Source: Amoebophrya sp. A120 (taxonomy: Eukaryota > Protista > Dinoflagellata). Taken from it: a stretch of 64,000 bases of DNA. The DNA lies in assembly GCA_905178155.1 (NCBI GenBank), contig CAJINV010000014.1:1815984-1879983 (forward strand), read 5' to 3'. Below are positions 11,701 through 22,496 of this stretch, piece by piece. A model generated the notes under the pieces. The model ran no database searches. It saw only the letters and a program-made list of their open reading frames with translations, and was not told where the DNA came from. The stretch's first letter is position 1; every line of letters starts with the position of its first letter. A program made the translations under genes and the position numbers.

Positions 11701-14700
11701 ACAACTAGACCGTCGTTGTTAACACCGTCACCCGCGGTCCTACTAGTTGCCCCTCCTTGTTCTGCCTCGGACGGGTTACTACTCTCGACGTCCCCCTCCG
11801 CAGCTGAAGAAGACGAGTCTTCTGTCGAGCTTCCATTTGCCGAGCTGCTACTTCCACCTGACGAGTCGCTGCTGCTCACATCAAACAAAACGTTCCGCAA
11901 ATTCTGGAAATCGTGCGGCATCTCCCGCAAATCTGTCTTTCCTAGCAAATATTCATGCCACTTTTCCTGGAAGAGCCGCGAGCTATGCAAGAAAAAAAGT
12001 GATGTAAGTGAAGTGTAACTTCTTTGTGTTGCATTCTTGCGCAGCGAAACACGAACTAACAGCTATCACCTGTCATGCTCGACAAGCATGCATCGTAGGC
12101 GAGTCTATCTGCGCATCACAAGTTTTTGCTGTCCACCCGGCAGATCGATATTTGTGTATGCTGTTTTCATCTTCACAAGAAAGTTCCACTAACACGACAG
12201 CCTTTTTCATCCTGGATACGAGTGTCGGTCTTCGTAGTCGGCATTCAAGTTCCTCACCCCATTCGGGTCAATGATCGCCAGGTATGAGAGTGCACAACTC
12301 CCCCTCGCCCTCATTTGTCACGCAAAACCCGAAATCTAAGTGCTTTCCTGTGGCACTGTTTGCATGACAGATTCCGGAAGCCCAAACAGTACTACACTAG
12401 GCGCGTGAATTTGTCATGCACAGGCTCCACGTGTGCTGGTGTTTGTATTTTTGCTGTTCATGCAATACAAATGAGGGGGGAGGGGGGGGCGGGAGTTGTG
12501 CACTCTCATACCAGGATCTGCAGCGCCTTTGGATCTTTCAGTTGGATCCACCACTTGCCTATCAAGTGCAAAAGCGTCTGGGTCTGGAAGAGTCATGCTG
12601 TTTTTGCATGACGCAGAAGGTCTGGCATGGAACCTATAGCATCACAGGTTTCGAGAGGCAGCTTCCGCAATGCCGAATCCGCATGACAAATGCCTCATTT
12701 TGGTGACAGAAAGTGGGTAGCTTTTGCTGCCTGTGCATGAGAGATTTTTATGTGTTGTGAAATGCGCCTAACAAGTTTGCATTCTTCCGGACCCAGACAT
12801 ATTTGCAATGCATATTGCCCTTGGTGCTGCTCTCCACGGACAGCAAGTTCGGAACGCCTTCGTTCGCCGCTTCGCGTTGGATGTCGCCCAGCGTCAACTT
12901 CTCGATTTGCTGCTTCAGCACATCCATATCCCACTTGTATTCCTTGCTGTACTATGAACTGCAAAAGTATCGCACTCGTATAAATGCATTTCTCAGCATA
13001 TGCGGATTTAGCTAAAACAAAAAGATTTGTAATGCATGACTGCAATACGAGTACGATACTTTTGCACAGGATATGTACCGCCGCTGCCACTGCATTCGCG
13101 TCCTCGCCTTGATCAGAAACTGAAAGTTCAACCGCAGCGAGGTGGAAGTGGTGAAAGTCAGTTTGTGGATTTTGTTCGGGTCCTCCGCGAGTTCTTCTGG
13201 GTCGATAGGGATCGGTGTCTTAATTGTCGTTTTCACAACTTGGATATGAGAGTACACAACTTGATGTTCACCCCGACAACTCAAACTCCGTCACTTGCAT
13301 GGTCTCTAGTAAAGTAATAGATGCAATAAAAGCGCCGTGGCGACGTAGCTTCAGCGGCACCACTGGTCCTAGAAATCGTAAATGCGAACAATTCCAGGTC
13401 CACATCCAGAAGAGAAAGATTGAGAATGATCAAGTCGGTATCTTGCATGACAAATCGCGGGAAAAAGTGAAAAGAAAGATTGTGCACTCTCGTATTGGAT
13501 CCGCACGTCGCCAAGAATTTCCATCACCCCGTCATTCCGGACGATTTTGTCGGGCTCCTGTGGCGGGTCTTCTTCGGTCTGGTTGTCGACGTTGTTGTAG
13601 GCAACTTCATCATGATTGACATCGTCTTCCCCCTCGCCAAAACCGACCGGCGCTTCGCTCACGCCGGGTTTGATCGTCACCGTTTCTGGCTCGATTGTGT
13701 AGTACGAGTTTTCATCCAGGAACCGGTGTCCGGGAAGCGGCACCTCCTGGATGTCCACGTCCGCCAGCATTTCCGCCTTTTTCGCCTCCAAAACGAACAA
13801 TTTCTCCCGCACCTTCTGAAGCCCGGCGCGGTAGGGTTTCAGCGGATTGGTTTTGTTTTTCATCACCCCCATATTGGCCATCACACCCAGCGCCTGCATC
13901 TTCTTCGCCATCCCGACAAAGTATGCGGAATACAAATCTAGCGCGCACGTAGACGGACGTTCTTGATGTACGAAATGCATACACAAATTTGCGCATATTA
14001 GTACCTGAAGAATCTTGAATTTCTTTCTTATGATGTGTTGTGCAATGAGAAGATCACAGGAGAAAGCGCTAGGGCAGAGCCCTGTTTATGCACGCGCGAC
14101 ATTTGCGAAACCCAAACCACCGACGCCGTGCCCAAGCGCAAGCCCATGCGCGCTAAATCATGATTTCTGTGCATAAAAACGTGACCTGCTTTTTCTCCTT
14201 TGGGTTTTCAACCTCAACGTCGTCAACATCCCCGACGTCCCCGAAGTAGCGCTTCCCGAACAATTTGCGCTCGAGCTTCTTCTCCTGGTCCCGCAACTTA
14301 CCCAGCGGCCCCTGCTCGAACTCGATCTCAATCTGGTACTTTTTCTGCTTCCGCTTGTGCGCAATGACCAGCGCGGCGAGGTCGGGTCCGCCGAGGAAGT
14401 AGTACTTCAAGTCCACCTTTGGTAACGCCGAGTAGGGATAGAGAAACTCGACAACCTCCTTCAATTCTTCTTCCGGATTATTTAGATGCGGGCTCGACGT
14501 TTTTTGCCCTTTTCGCTGCTCGGAAGTAGTACCAACAGTGATATTCCTTGCGGCCAGTGCTCGTCCACCCCGCTTCTGCTGTGCTTCCGCAGCTACAGGT
14601 TCGTTCACAGGTACCATTTTTTTCCGCAAGAGGGGTTGGATCCAGGAGAGCCGGGTGATTCTTCTTTCCGAGGTCAAGTAATCTTTGTCAAAGAGTCCGT

Positions 14701-17700
14701 ATTTCAAATCGAACAAATCCTCCTTCGCGCTCTCGAAGCGCTCCACGCTGCCAAATTCCGTCACAGTCTCCCGCTTTCGCGAGATCTCGCTCGAGAAAAG
14801 AAAGTAGTCGCTCTCCGACGCTTTCGGGAGCTTCGCCGTCTGCTTGTGTTTTTCGCGAAACCATTCCTGAAATCCCGTCCAGTCCGTGTGCAGCTTGGTC
14901 TCGTCTTTCTTGTGTTTGGAGGTCTTATTGTTTCCGCCGGCGGCGGTACTGGTTGCGGCAAGTTGATGGCCGCGGTCTTGAAGCTCAATGTGGTGCAAGT
15001 TGGACGGGGAGGAGATTTGGTCCGGACCTATAGCAAATTGCTGCTGCTGCACCACCGTACCGGTGGCAGCTGTCGAGAAAGAGACAACGGCGTCGGTACC
15101 AAATATAGCCGCCGGGGCGGAGGTAGTGAGGTCGTGGGCGTTTTCTTGCCGGCCGTCGCTTTGGCCGCGGCTGTGCTTTTCCTGGGTTCGCCATGCCGTC
15201 GCGAGTAACGTTAGGCCGCACGGTATGGTGGCCGCTTCATAAACGTCGCAAATTTTGGCAAATTCCCGATATTCCCTTCCGAAAGCCAGCCCCCATGCTA
15301 TGGGGCCGATCCGGGTGCCACGGGGGGCGCCCAAAAAGCGAAGGGAAATCGGGCCCGTAGCATGCGGGCTGGCTTTGCGCGTCTGGCGCGCTTTTGCTTT
15401 TTTGCGTTTTTATTTTTCGCGCCGGCGCTTTTTGCAAAGCTTCCCAGGCTCTGAAACAGGCGAAAACTCGGCCGCTTTCGCGGCCGCCCAAAATGCTCCG
15501 AAATCGCGGCCGTGCCGTGCTGTTTCGCTGTTCTGATTTTGGGCGCGTTTTTTTCGCGCCCCTTTTTGGGCGCCCCAAACCGCCAGAAACTAAGGCGGTG
15601 GGCGCCTCAGAAGGGCGCCCCTTTTGCCGGCTCCCCTGCGTCGTTTTACCCAGCGGCGATCGATAGAATCCGCTGGCGATTCGGTGCCGACACAGCCAAA
15701 GCCGCTTGATAATTGAAAATATTTTTTGTCAAAAAACGCTTCCGGCCGCTTGAAAACTGCCGGTCGTTTTTCAGGGTAGCTGTCAAAAAAACTCCCTGGT
15801 TAGAACCGTTCGGTGACCTCACTACATACTATGGGATCCCCCGGCGTCGCTCGCAGCTTTCCCGGTTGAACTCGCTGGTGCAATTTTGTTCGAAGGCGAG
15901 GAGGAAAGACTGGTGATTGGCATCGCCAACCCGGCCGAGTTGCCTCCAGATGTTGATGGACCGGCGCCAGAGGTCGTGCTATTTCCTCTCTTGTTGCCAC
16001 CTCCAGTGGGCGAAGTTTTGTTTTTTGCACTCGTCTGCCCTGAGGTGGACTTACCACTCGTCCCACGTCCTTGCTTGTTCTGCGCAGCAGAAGTCGGAGC
16101 CCGCCCACCTGCTGCGGAGCCTTGCACAGTCGCTCCGCCTCCCGTCACGTCTCCTTCGCCCGCCCCTGCTTGCTCCAGTGCGAGTTGCTTTTCCGCCTGT
16201 TTTCGCTTCCACACTTCCTCACACTGGTCGAAGTACCATTGGAAGCCCTTCTTGGCGTCGTCGTAAAAATCTTCGCGGAGCGTCCTCGGATCAAAGTACG
16301 TTTGCTCGTTCAGCTTGCCGCGGATCACCAGGTTTGTGTAAATCTCTCCGGTGTTCACTACTCGGACCAGGTCGGTGTCCCGTTTCGGCTCTTCTATCGG
16401 GAAGGGGGGGAGGAAAGCCGAACTCGAGGAAAACATCTTCTGCTGCTCTCCGCCTGGATGACGTTGACCTCCTGCTGTGTTTCTACTTGTGTTCGACGTC
16501 CCACCGCCCAGCGAAAGTTGCAGCTGTCTATTCGAGTTATTTGGAGAAGCACCCCCTGTCCCTGAGATATTTGCAGCTTTATTTGTTGCGCCACCACCCG
16601 CCTTCTTGCCGCCTTGTTTAACATTCGAGCTGTTCTTGTTGCCTCCCCCTGCACTACTACCACTCTTCCCTCCACCACTAGAAGTCGCGCTGGTATTCGT
16701 TAAGGCTGAGAACACCATCGTTGCAGCGGCTTTGAGTTTCGCCTTTGCGCCTTTAGCGTTCGCAAGTGTAGTGCCCGTTGTTCCATCTTTGTCACCCGTG
16801 CTGGTCTGTTTGCTTTTCATCCCTTCCGCCTCGATCTCCAGATTGCGGTCGATCCGGACCTCCATCAGGATGCCTTTGTAGTCGGTGTGGGAGGGGATGA
16901 TGTTGCGGGTGGAAAGGGGGTCGTCGAGACACTCGCAGCACTGCACCTGAAATTTTTTGTCGGACAATTCCTCGTCGTTCATGATCTCCACCGCCTCCTC
17001 GCTGTACCAGCCCGAGAACACCCTCCGCGGAAAGACGCGCAGATTAGGGTCCAGCACCCGCTTCACCTTGCGGATTATGCAATGCAAATTCCCGCTTATG
17101 GAGGACACACAAAGACATCAACTTGTCATGCAGAATTGGCTTGGAAGGTAAGTTAAAGTTCCGTCATGCAGACGCCGTGTTTGTATTTGTACTTGTAGTT
17201 GTTCTTGTAAGGGAATATCACTACATTTCCTGTGGATACGGATCCGCAACAGTACATCGGCCGCGCTCTTCACTTTGCGAGAAAAGTTCATGAGCTTGCC
17301 CATGGTGCCAATCGTGCTGCTGGTCGTACTTGAGGGGCGCGACCCCGCGCCGCGCGTGCTGGGCCGAGACTTCGCGGCATTCTCGTAGTCGAAGAACGCC
17401 CCTTTGGTGTGGATGTCGGTGAAGACTGCTTGCGTGTTGTCCGGCGTCTTTCGCAGCTGCTTCAAGCAGGCGCGGACGTGCTTCAGCTGGCTCACCGTCT
17501 GGTCGGCGTAGGGGACCCGCATCCGGCTGCCGGTTCCATACCGCAGGATTTTCTCGTACAAATCTATAGCTTGCTCAGATGCTACAATCTCAAACACAAA
17601 CGTTATAATAGAATCTGGAATTTGTGATGCAAAACGTGCAACCCCTGGCCTACTCCCACAGCAGTGCGCATGACGAGTTCGGCAGCCCCAAACGGCACTG

Positions 17701-18007
17701 AAATCCAGCGAAATTTGTATTGCGAAAAGGGCAGGTCTCTCTCTGGTACTCATGCTGCTCATGCAAGACAAATCCCACATTCTATTCTAACGTTTGAGAT
17801 TGTAACAGTAACACCTGAGCGGGTTATAAAATCGTCCTCGAGCTTCTGCTCGAACTTCTCGTAGAATCGCAGGGTCCCGAACTCGTACAGTGGGGGTTTC
17901 CGCGGGAGTTTGCGCTGGGGCGGTGGCAGTTGTTGCGGTGGCTGCGGGCTGGGGGAAGCCGAAGCGTCATTTTCGAAGGAAACCGGCAGCGGCACCTCCT
18001 CCGACAT
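5736..18007 (-). CDS. large unknown protein (~2,425 aa after removing 14 interruptions)
   Basis: Removing 12 TAT...ATA inserts (each plus 5 bp), one GT-AG intron (14005-14185) and the 7053-8683 insert (plus 55 bp) leaves 7,278 nt = 2,426 codons. Junctions read through, e.g. PPPT|ADAL, PIPK|SNLG, HLSD|MDSF, QRRY|SKEY, VRIQ|VVKT. No family recognised. Confidence 0.7.
5988..6135. mobile_element. introner family A (~150 bp)
   Basis: TSD GTTGG on both sides; TIR TATGCATTGCAAAAGTATCGCACTCGTAT / ATACGAGTGCGATACTTTTGCACAGGATA; excision restores frame. Confidence 0.92.
7053..8683 (-). mobile_element. internally deleted DIRS/VIPER-like (tyrosine-recombinase group) retroelement remnant in a 55-bp direct duplication
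   Basis: Identical 55-bp repeats at 6998-7052 and 8684-8738. A K/A/P-rich ORF (MPAKAKAK...) is joined out of frame to FWSLCARFAIVPYFEWLPSGENVADATTR (7529-7819), which matches the C-terminal retroelement RNase H motif W-x-P-S-x-x-N-x-A-D-x-x-[ST]-R. No RT or YR is visible. Confidence 0.65.
10040..10291. mobile_element. introner family B (~250 bp)
   Basis: TSD CCCCG; perfect 30-bp TIR TATCAAATGTAAAAATGTCTGGGTCTGGAA. Confidence 0.93.
10354..10661. mobile_element. introner family E (~310 bp)
   Basis: TSD TTTCG; ends TATGGGAGTGTCAG / CTGACGCTTCCATA; homologous to 38150-38460. Confidence 0.92.
11219..11456. mobile_element. introner family G/H
   Basis: TSD GTCGG; TIR TATGGCG(C/T)TCTCAA(C/A)TGTTAC, 19/21 match. 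Confidence 0.9.
11984..12218. mobile_element. introner, D-like ends, diverged
   Basis: TSD CGAGC/CGAGT; ends TATGCAAGAAAAAAAG / CTTTTTCATCCTGGATA; joins DRHS|RLFQEKW. Confidence 0.8.
12283..12510. mobile_element. introner family C
   Basis: TSD CCAGG; TIR TATGAGAGTGCACAACTCCC. Confidence 0.92.
12560..12814. mobile_element. introner family B
   Basis: TSD TTGCC; GTCTGGGTC(T/C)GGAAG TIR core. Confidence 0.9.
12953..13073. mobile_element. introner family A, internally shortened (121 bp)
   Basis: TSD TGTAC; family-A TIRs. Confidence 0.92.
13245..13494. mobile_element. introner family C, diverged
   Basis: TSD TTGGA; ends TATGAGAGTACACAA / TTGTGCACTCTCGTA. Confidence 0.85.
14005..14185 (-). other. 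canonical GT-AG intron
   Basis: CAG|GTCACG...TTCTTCAG|GTA; removing 181 nt joins KKQ|VLICANLCMHF in frame. Confidence 0.7.
15224..15828. mobile_element. 605-bp GC-rich TAT...ATA insert with weak TIR/TSD
   Basis: Starts TATGGTGG, ends CACTACATA; flanks CACGG/CTATG match poorly; removing 610 nt joins AGGSHS|GLTLLAT in frame. Confidence 0.6.
17076..17238. mobile_element. introner shared with the paralog (538-702)
   Basis: TSD CGGAT; sequence near-identical to 538-702. Confidence 0.85.
17565..17828. mobile_element. introner family G/H, absent from the paralog
   Basis: TSD AAATC at 17560-17564 and 17829-17833; the paralog has a single uninterrupted AAGTC at 1024-1028. Confidence 0.93.
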
Positions 18008-18597
18008 GATTACTTTCCTTTCCGCCCGAACAAGTAATCAAGGTTCTGGCTCTTCCCCTACGCTAGGAGGTGGTGACTGACGCTCCCGTGGCCGACACGA
18101 GGCCCCAACTCAACCTCAAAACAATAAAGCACGGCATCTGAGGACGATCATCAAAGAGCGCTAGCAGCAGACATTTTTCGTCCCATATCATCTTCACCAG
18201 ACAGCAAACATAATTGACAAGATTCTCGTTTTTTGTAAAATTATAACAGGACGACTAAGACAACACAAGCTTGAGATGAAGGACAGGATATTAAGCACAA
18301 AAATTTTATTGGGCAAAAATGTAACAAACATGGAGTAAAACTTGCGACGACGATGTACTTCTACGCGAAGCGAATGGATAGGAGCCACATGATTCCCCGA
18401 CCTTCATATTCTCAACATCACGACCGTTGTAGACGACCTGGATAAGATGAGCCACAATATGACAGACTATTGGCAGGATGCTCGCATCGATAGAAACTGT
18501 TGCTTTTTTACAGTTTTTCTGTTGCTTTTTTACAGTTTTTACTAGCTGAAGAACAACGACTACAACGATGATCACGATAGACACGATAATGGCAACG

Positions 18598-18712
18598 AAA
18601 ATACTCAGCGGACCTAATAAGCGGACGACGAAAATACTCAGCGGACCTAATAAGCGGACGATAATGGAAACGAAACTACACGACAATGGCAACGAGATAC
18701 TCAGCGGACCTG
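18598..18712. repeat. short tandem repeat (AAAATACTCAGCGGACCTAATAAGCGGACG x2 plus a partial copy)
   Basis: Direct repeats visible; the region is a diverged counterpart of about 1680-1800. Confidence 0.7.
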
Positions 18713-19054
18713 TCTCTGAAAGAGAAGGGGGGTAAGAGCCAATACTTATACCTTTCTCTCACGACCTCACGGCATCTCCACCTGCACCTCCATCCGAACC
18801 GAAGAAACTAATTTTTTCGAACTCGATAGCGCAGGAAGTGTAGACGACCTTCTTGTAGACATAAGATCTCCAGTTTTTTCGAACACACGAGCGCAGTGGG
18901 GCTTCCTTCCACCTCCCTCAGTGACATCATATCACTCCTGGTCCTCACATCTTGCTGATAAGTACCTTACGCTAGTAGCCCCGCTTGCGCTTCATCACTT
19001 CTACTTTGCTCATCGTACATTAAATTAATTCAAAGCGGTAGCCGATTACGATTT

Positions 19055-20700
19055 TTATCTTTTCTTCTGCATCGTGCGAAACTGTTTTTGCTCTTGTTGC
19101 CGGCTCATTTCCTGGCAGTTACCCTTCCCCAGGGTCTTGACAGAATCGCAAAACTTGTCTAGAAAGTCGTTGGATTTGTCGCGACGGTTCCACACGTCGC
19201 TGTTTGCATTTTTCGTTAGCTGATGGAGGTGGTCCCGGTAGCGGTCAAGGCCGGACAACGCGTAGGCTTCCCGGTTATGCAACACGAACAAACGTTGTGT
19301 CACCGTCTTCACGTAGGGAAAGTTTCGGCAAGCAAATGCATAAAGTACATTATTCCTCTTGCTGATTAAGCTTTCTAGCAAGAGATGGAGAAGAGCCTCG
19401 CGGTTACATTCATGCTTGATGGTGCACGTCTACGGTTTAGATACAACTTTGCTCCTGTGAATATCGGTAGGCCTCCTTGAACAGGTTTTTTGACGATTTT
19501 GGAGCTTGCTCGGGCTCTTTAGCCGCGCCGCCGGTTTCCTGCATAGGTAGTAAGTTAGATGATTAAAATGGATAGATGAAGACGCTGCGTCGCAAATCTT
19601 ACATCACATAAGGAGAGGAACTCAACTCCAGTCCGCCCGGTGTGTGACCACGAAGAATGAAGAAGAGAAGATTGATGTCCAGCACTGTGCTGCGTGTATG
19701 ACAAGATGAAAATGATCAACAGTAGTCAACAGCATATACTAAATTTGCGCCTTGAGTAGAAGTACCTCCCCTTGTTCCTCCATGATTTCTTCTGCAGTTT
19801 TGTCCATTTCATTCCGGAACAGTTGCACACCATTCTCGACGAAGTAGCTGGTGTTTTTCTTCGACCCCTCCTTTCGAAAGGCCTCCTTGTCCTCGGTGTT
19901 GAAGTAGTCGATTCCGTACGTCTCCACCCGTTTCGTGTTTTTTGTCTTGCCCGTCGTACGCTTCACCTGTCCCGAAAACTCCTCCTGCGAATTGTCGTGA
20001 TCTGCGGACGCTTGTTCCTTTTTGCTCGCCGGGTCCTGACTTATTTCCTCCTCGTCCTCGTCGCCGGCTTCTTCTCCATCTAACCCAACTACTGGTCCTC
20101 CGGGCACAACAACTCCCGTGGCAGTCGCGTGGTCTTCTTCCAGCTTCACAAGCTCGTCCAAGTCCTTGCTGAGAAGTGCCTCCCACGCGGCGGCGTTTCG
20201 CGCGTCGGGAATCTTTACGTCTTCTTGCAGCAGTTTGCTCCTTTTCAAAAATTGCTCGGAGGTCCAGGGCTGGATTTCCCGCGAATCCTCGTCATCGAAG
20301 CTTTCCTCGTGGTATGCAATGCAAATTTCGTTCCGCGACAAGCCTACGAGATGCACAAGTGGAACGACAAATCCATGGAAGATGTAATACGGATCGGTTA
20401 TTTGCCAAATTCCAATCCATGTCGATGCTGAATAATGTAGGAAATACAAATAGCCTCAACATCAACATACTCATTGGATCTTGTCAACATGCAGTACCAA
20501 TGTCATCGTTTGCTGTGCAATCTGCGGGCGCTACGGCAAGAATTTTTCCTTCACATACGTGTTGCTGCCTCTCCTCTTCGGGATTCGAAGCCTCCGGAGA
20601 TCCTTTCGCGGGGGACGGCATAGTTTTGATTTGGATGTCGTCTTGGCGATTGCAATTTATCTACTTGCAGCCTCACTTCTACTCCTGAAACGGACCACGA
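19055..20700 (-). CDS. multi-exon unknown protein; borders approximate
   Basis: ORFs 19055-19381 and 19739-20312; removing 20313-20557 plus 5 joins PEEERQQH|EESFDDED. Confidence 0.5.
20313..20557. mobile_element. diverged introner
   Basis: TSD CGTGG/CGTGT; ends TATGCAATGCAAAT / TTTTTCCTTCACATA; frame restored. Confidence 0.75.
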
Positions 20701-22496
20701 GGCGGGATGAAAAAGAAAGCAACAAAGTTCTTTCAGCTTGAAATCAGCTGTCGATTATATGAGCATGCTAAAGGAACCGCACCACTACAGGGATGAAACC
20801 TGTATAAAGCTCAAGAAGAACAACGACACATCCAGCTTCAACGAGGAAAGGCTCAGACACTGCACCTCCGACGTCCTCATTGATTGCGTTATCTTGTGCC
20901 GTCCTCGCAGTAACATCTTTTTAGTCCCCAACCCTCTCTGCCTTCTCTCGCCACAAATAACACACATGATCAAACAAACTCCTATACTCACATAAACAAC
21001 TCACGCGACCTGCTGGTGCCTTGCTCATTGATACTTGTTCCGCAGAGACGAACTTCGACTCAAGGTTTGTGTCGCGATGCCAAGAGAACTCCAGCAGCAT
21101 TGGCCCCGATGAAGAGTTGCGAGCAGATGCTAGATCCACCTTGCGCTAAAAATAAATGCGCATTGCGTGGTAATATTGCACCATTGCGATCTCGTCCGAC
21201 GTTCAAAAACTGTATTTTGTTTTATGTGAGCCTCAAATACAGAGGACGATGCACTTCTTGGAAGCGCGAGTTGTAGTTCATCTTCGAAACATGTGATAGC
21301 GATTTGGTTTTTGGTTTATCATATTCTCAGCTGACAGTGACAAATGCTTGGAAATCCGCTTCATGGAAGTACCGCCATGAGTGGACCAAAAGATCTTGCT
21401 TTCGCAGTATCTTTCGCGGACGAGGTCAAATTCAGACGGCTCACAGGATGAGCAAGCGTCCTCGTTCTTCTTCATCGAGTCCAAAGAAAATGTCGCTCGG
21501 TTTGCTCGGGTTTTTTTGGGCATGGTGCTGCTGCTGTTGTACTACGACATGTTGTGTTGACCCCGAATTCGATGCCCCCCTATCTCTCGTCTTGAGCTCA
21601 TCCGGTGTAGTTGCCTCGTTTTTTCCACTCGTATGCACTACAAGTCTCCCGCACAGGTACAAAGTGCATCACACATGCTGCCAAGTGATTGTGATGTCAC
21701 TCCTAGTATCCTGGTCATGCTAACTAGGATCAGAGGCGGTAAGTTCATTTGTGCGGAAAATTTACCGCGGATAACTTCTTTTCTCGACTGAAGACGAGGA
21801 GTTACTGTGCTTGACAATCGCGATACTCAGAGAAAAACTGTGATACAGGAAAAAATTTGAAATTTTGATTCGCAGCAACGCTGCGGATACGGTTAAACTA
21901 TTTTGCATTTGGTCGACAGAGCGACATTGCAAAGTCGTCAGCTGGTTGCAGGCTCCGGACGACGAAAAGCGGCCCACCAAGATTGGGCAGACCTAAACCC
22001 GCCACACCATGGGGAATGAAATTGAATTTGCTACGGGTTATCGTATTTTTTGCATGACGCCAACGAAGGCGCTGAATTTTTCCGTCGAGTACTCCGGCGA
22101 GTACCTCGGTCGAGCTGCTGTATCACACTTTTACAATTTCACTAAGCGGAAGCTAACGCCGGTGCTATGGTGGTTTTGTGAAAGTGTGATACATCAGCGC
22201 AGTGTACTCGTGCGAGCACTACCGCGATGTGCTGTATCACAGTTTTCCAACCGGCCAAGTGTTGCGCTTCAGCTGTCTTCCAAAAGTGCTCACTTTGCAT
22301 CAAAAAAATGAGATATATTCGCTGGACTTGATTCCAGTCCCTGCCTAACGGTCGCCACCTCGACCACCTACTTACCTCCTCTGGCCGCCCATTGCGGCAT
22401 GTCTTTGACTGCAAGTCGTTGCGGCAACCGCACTCAAATACTGTTCGCCTCGGCGAGTCAAAATTTCAGATTTTTTTCTGTATCGCAGTTTTTCTC

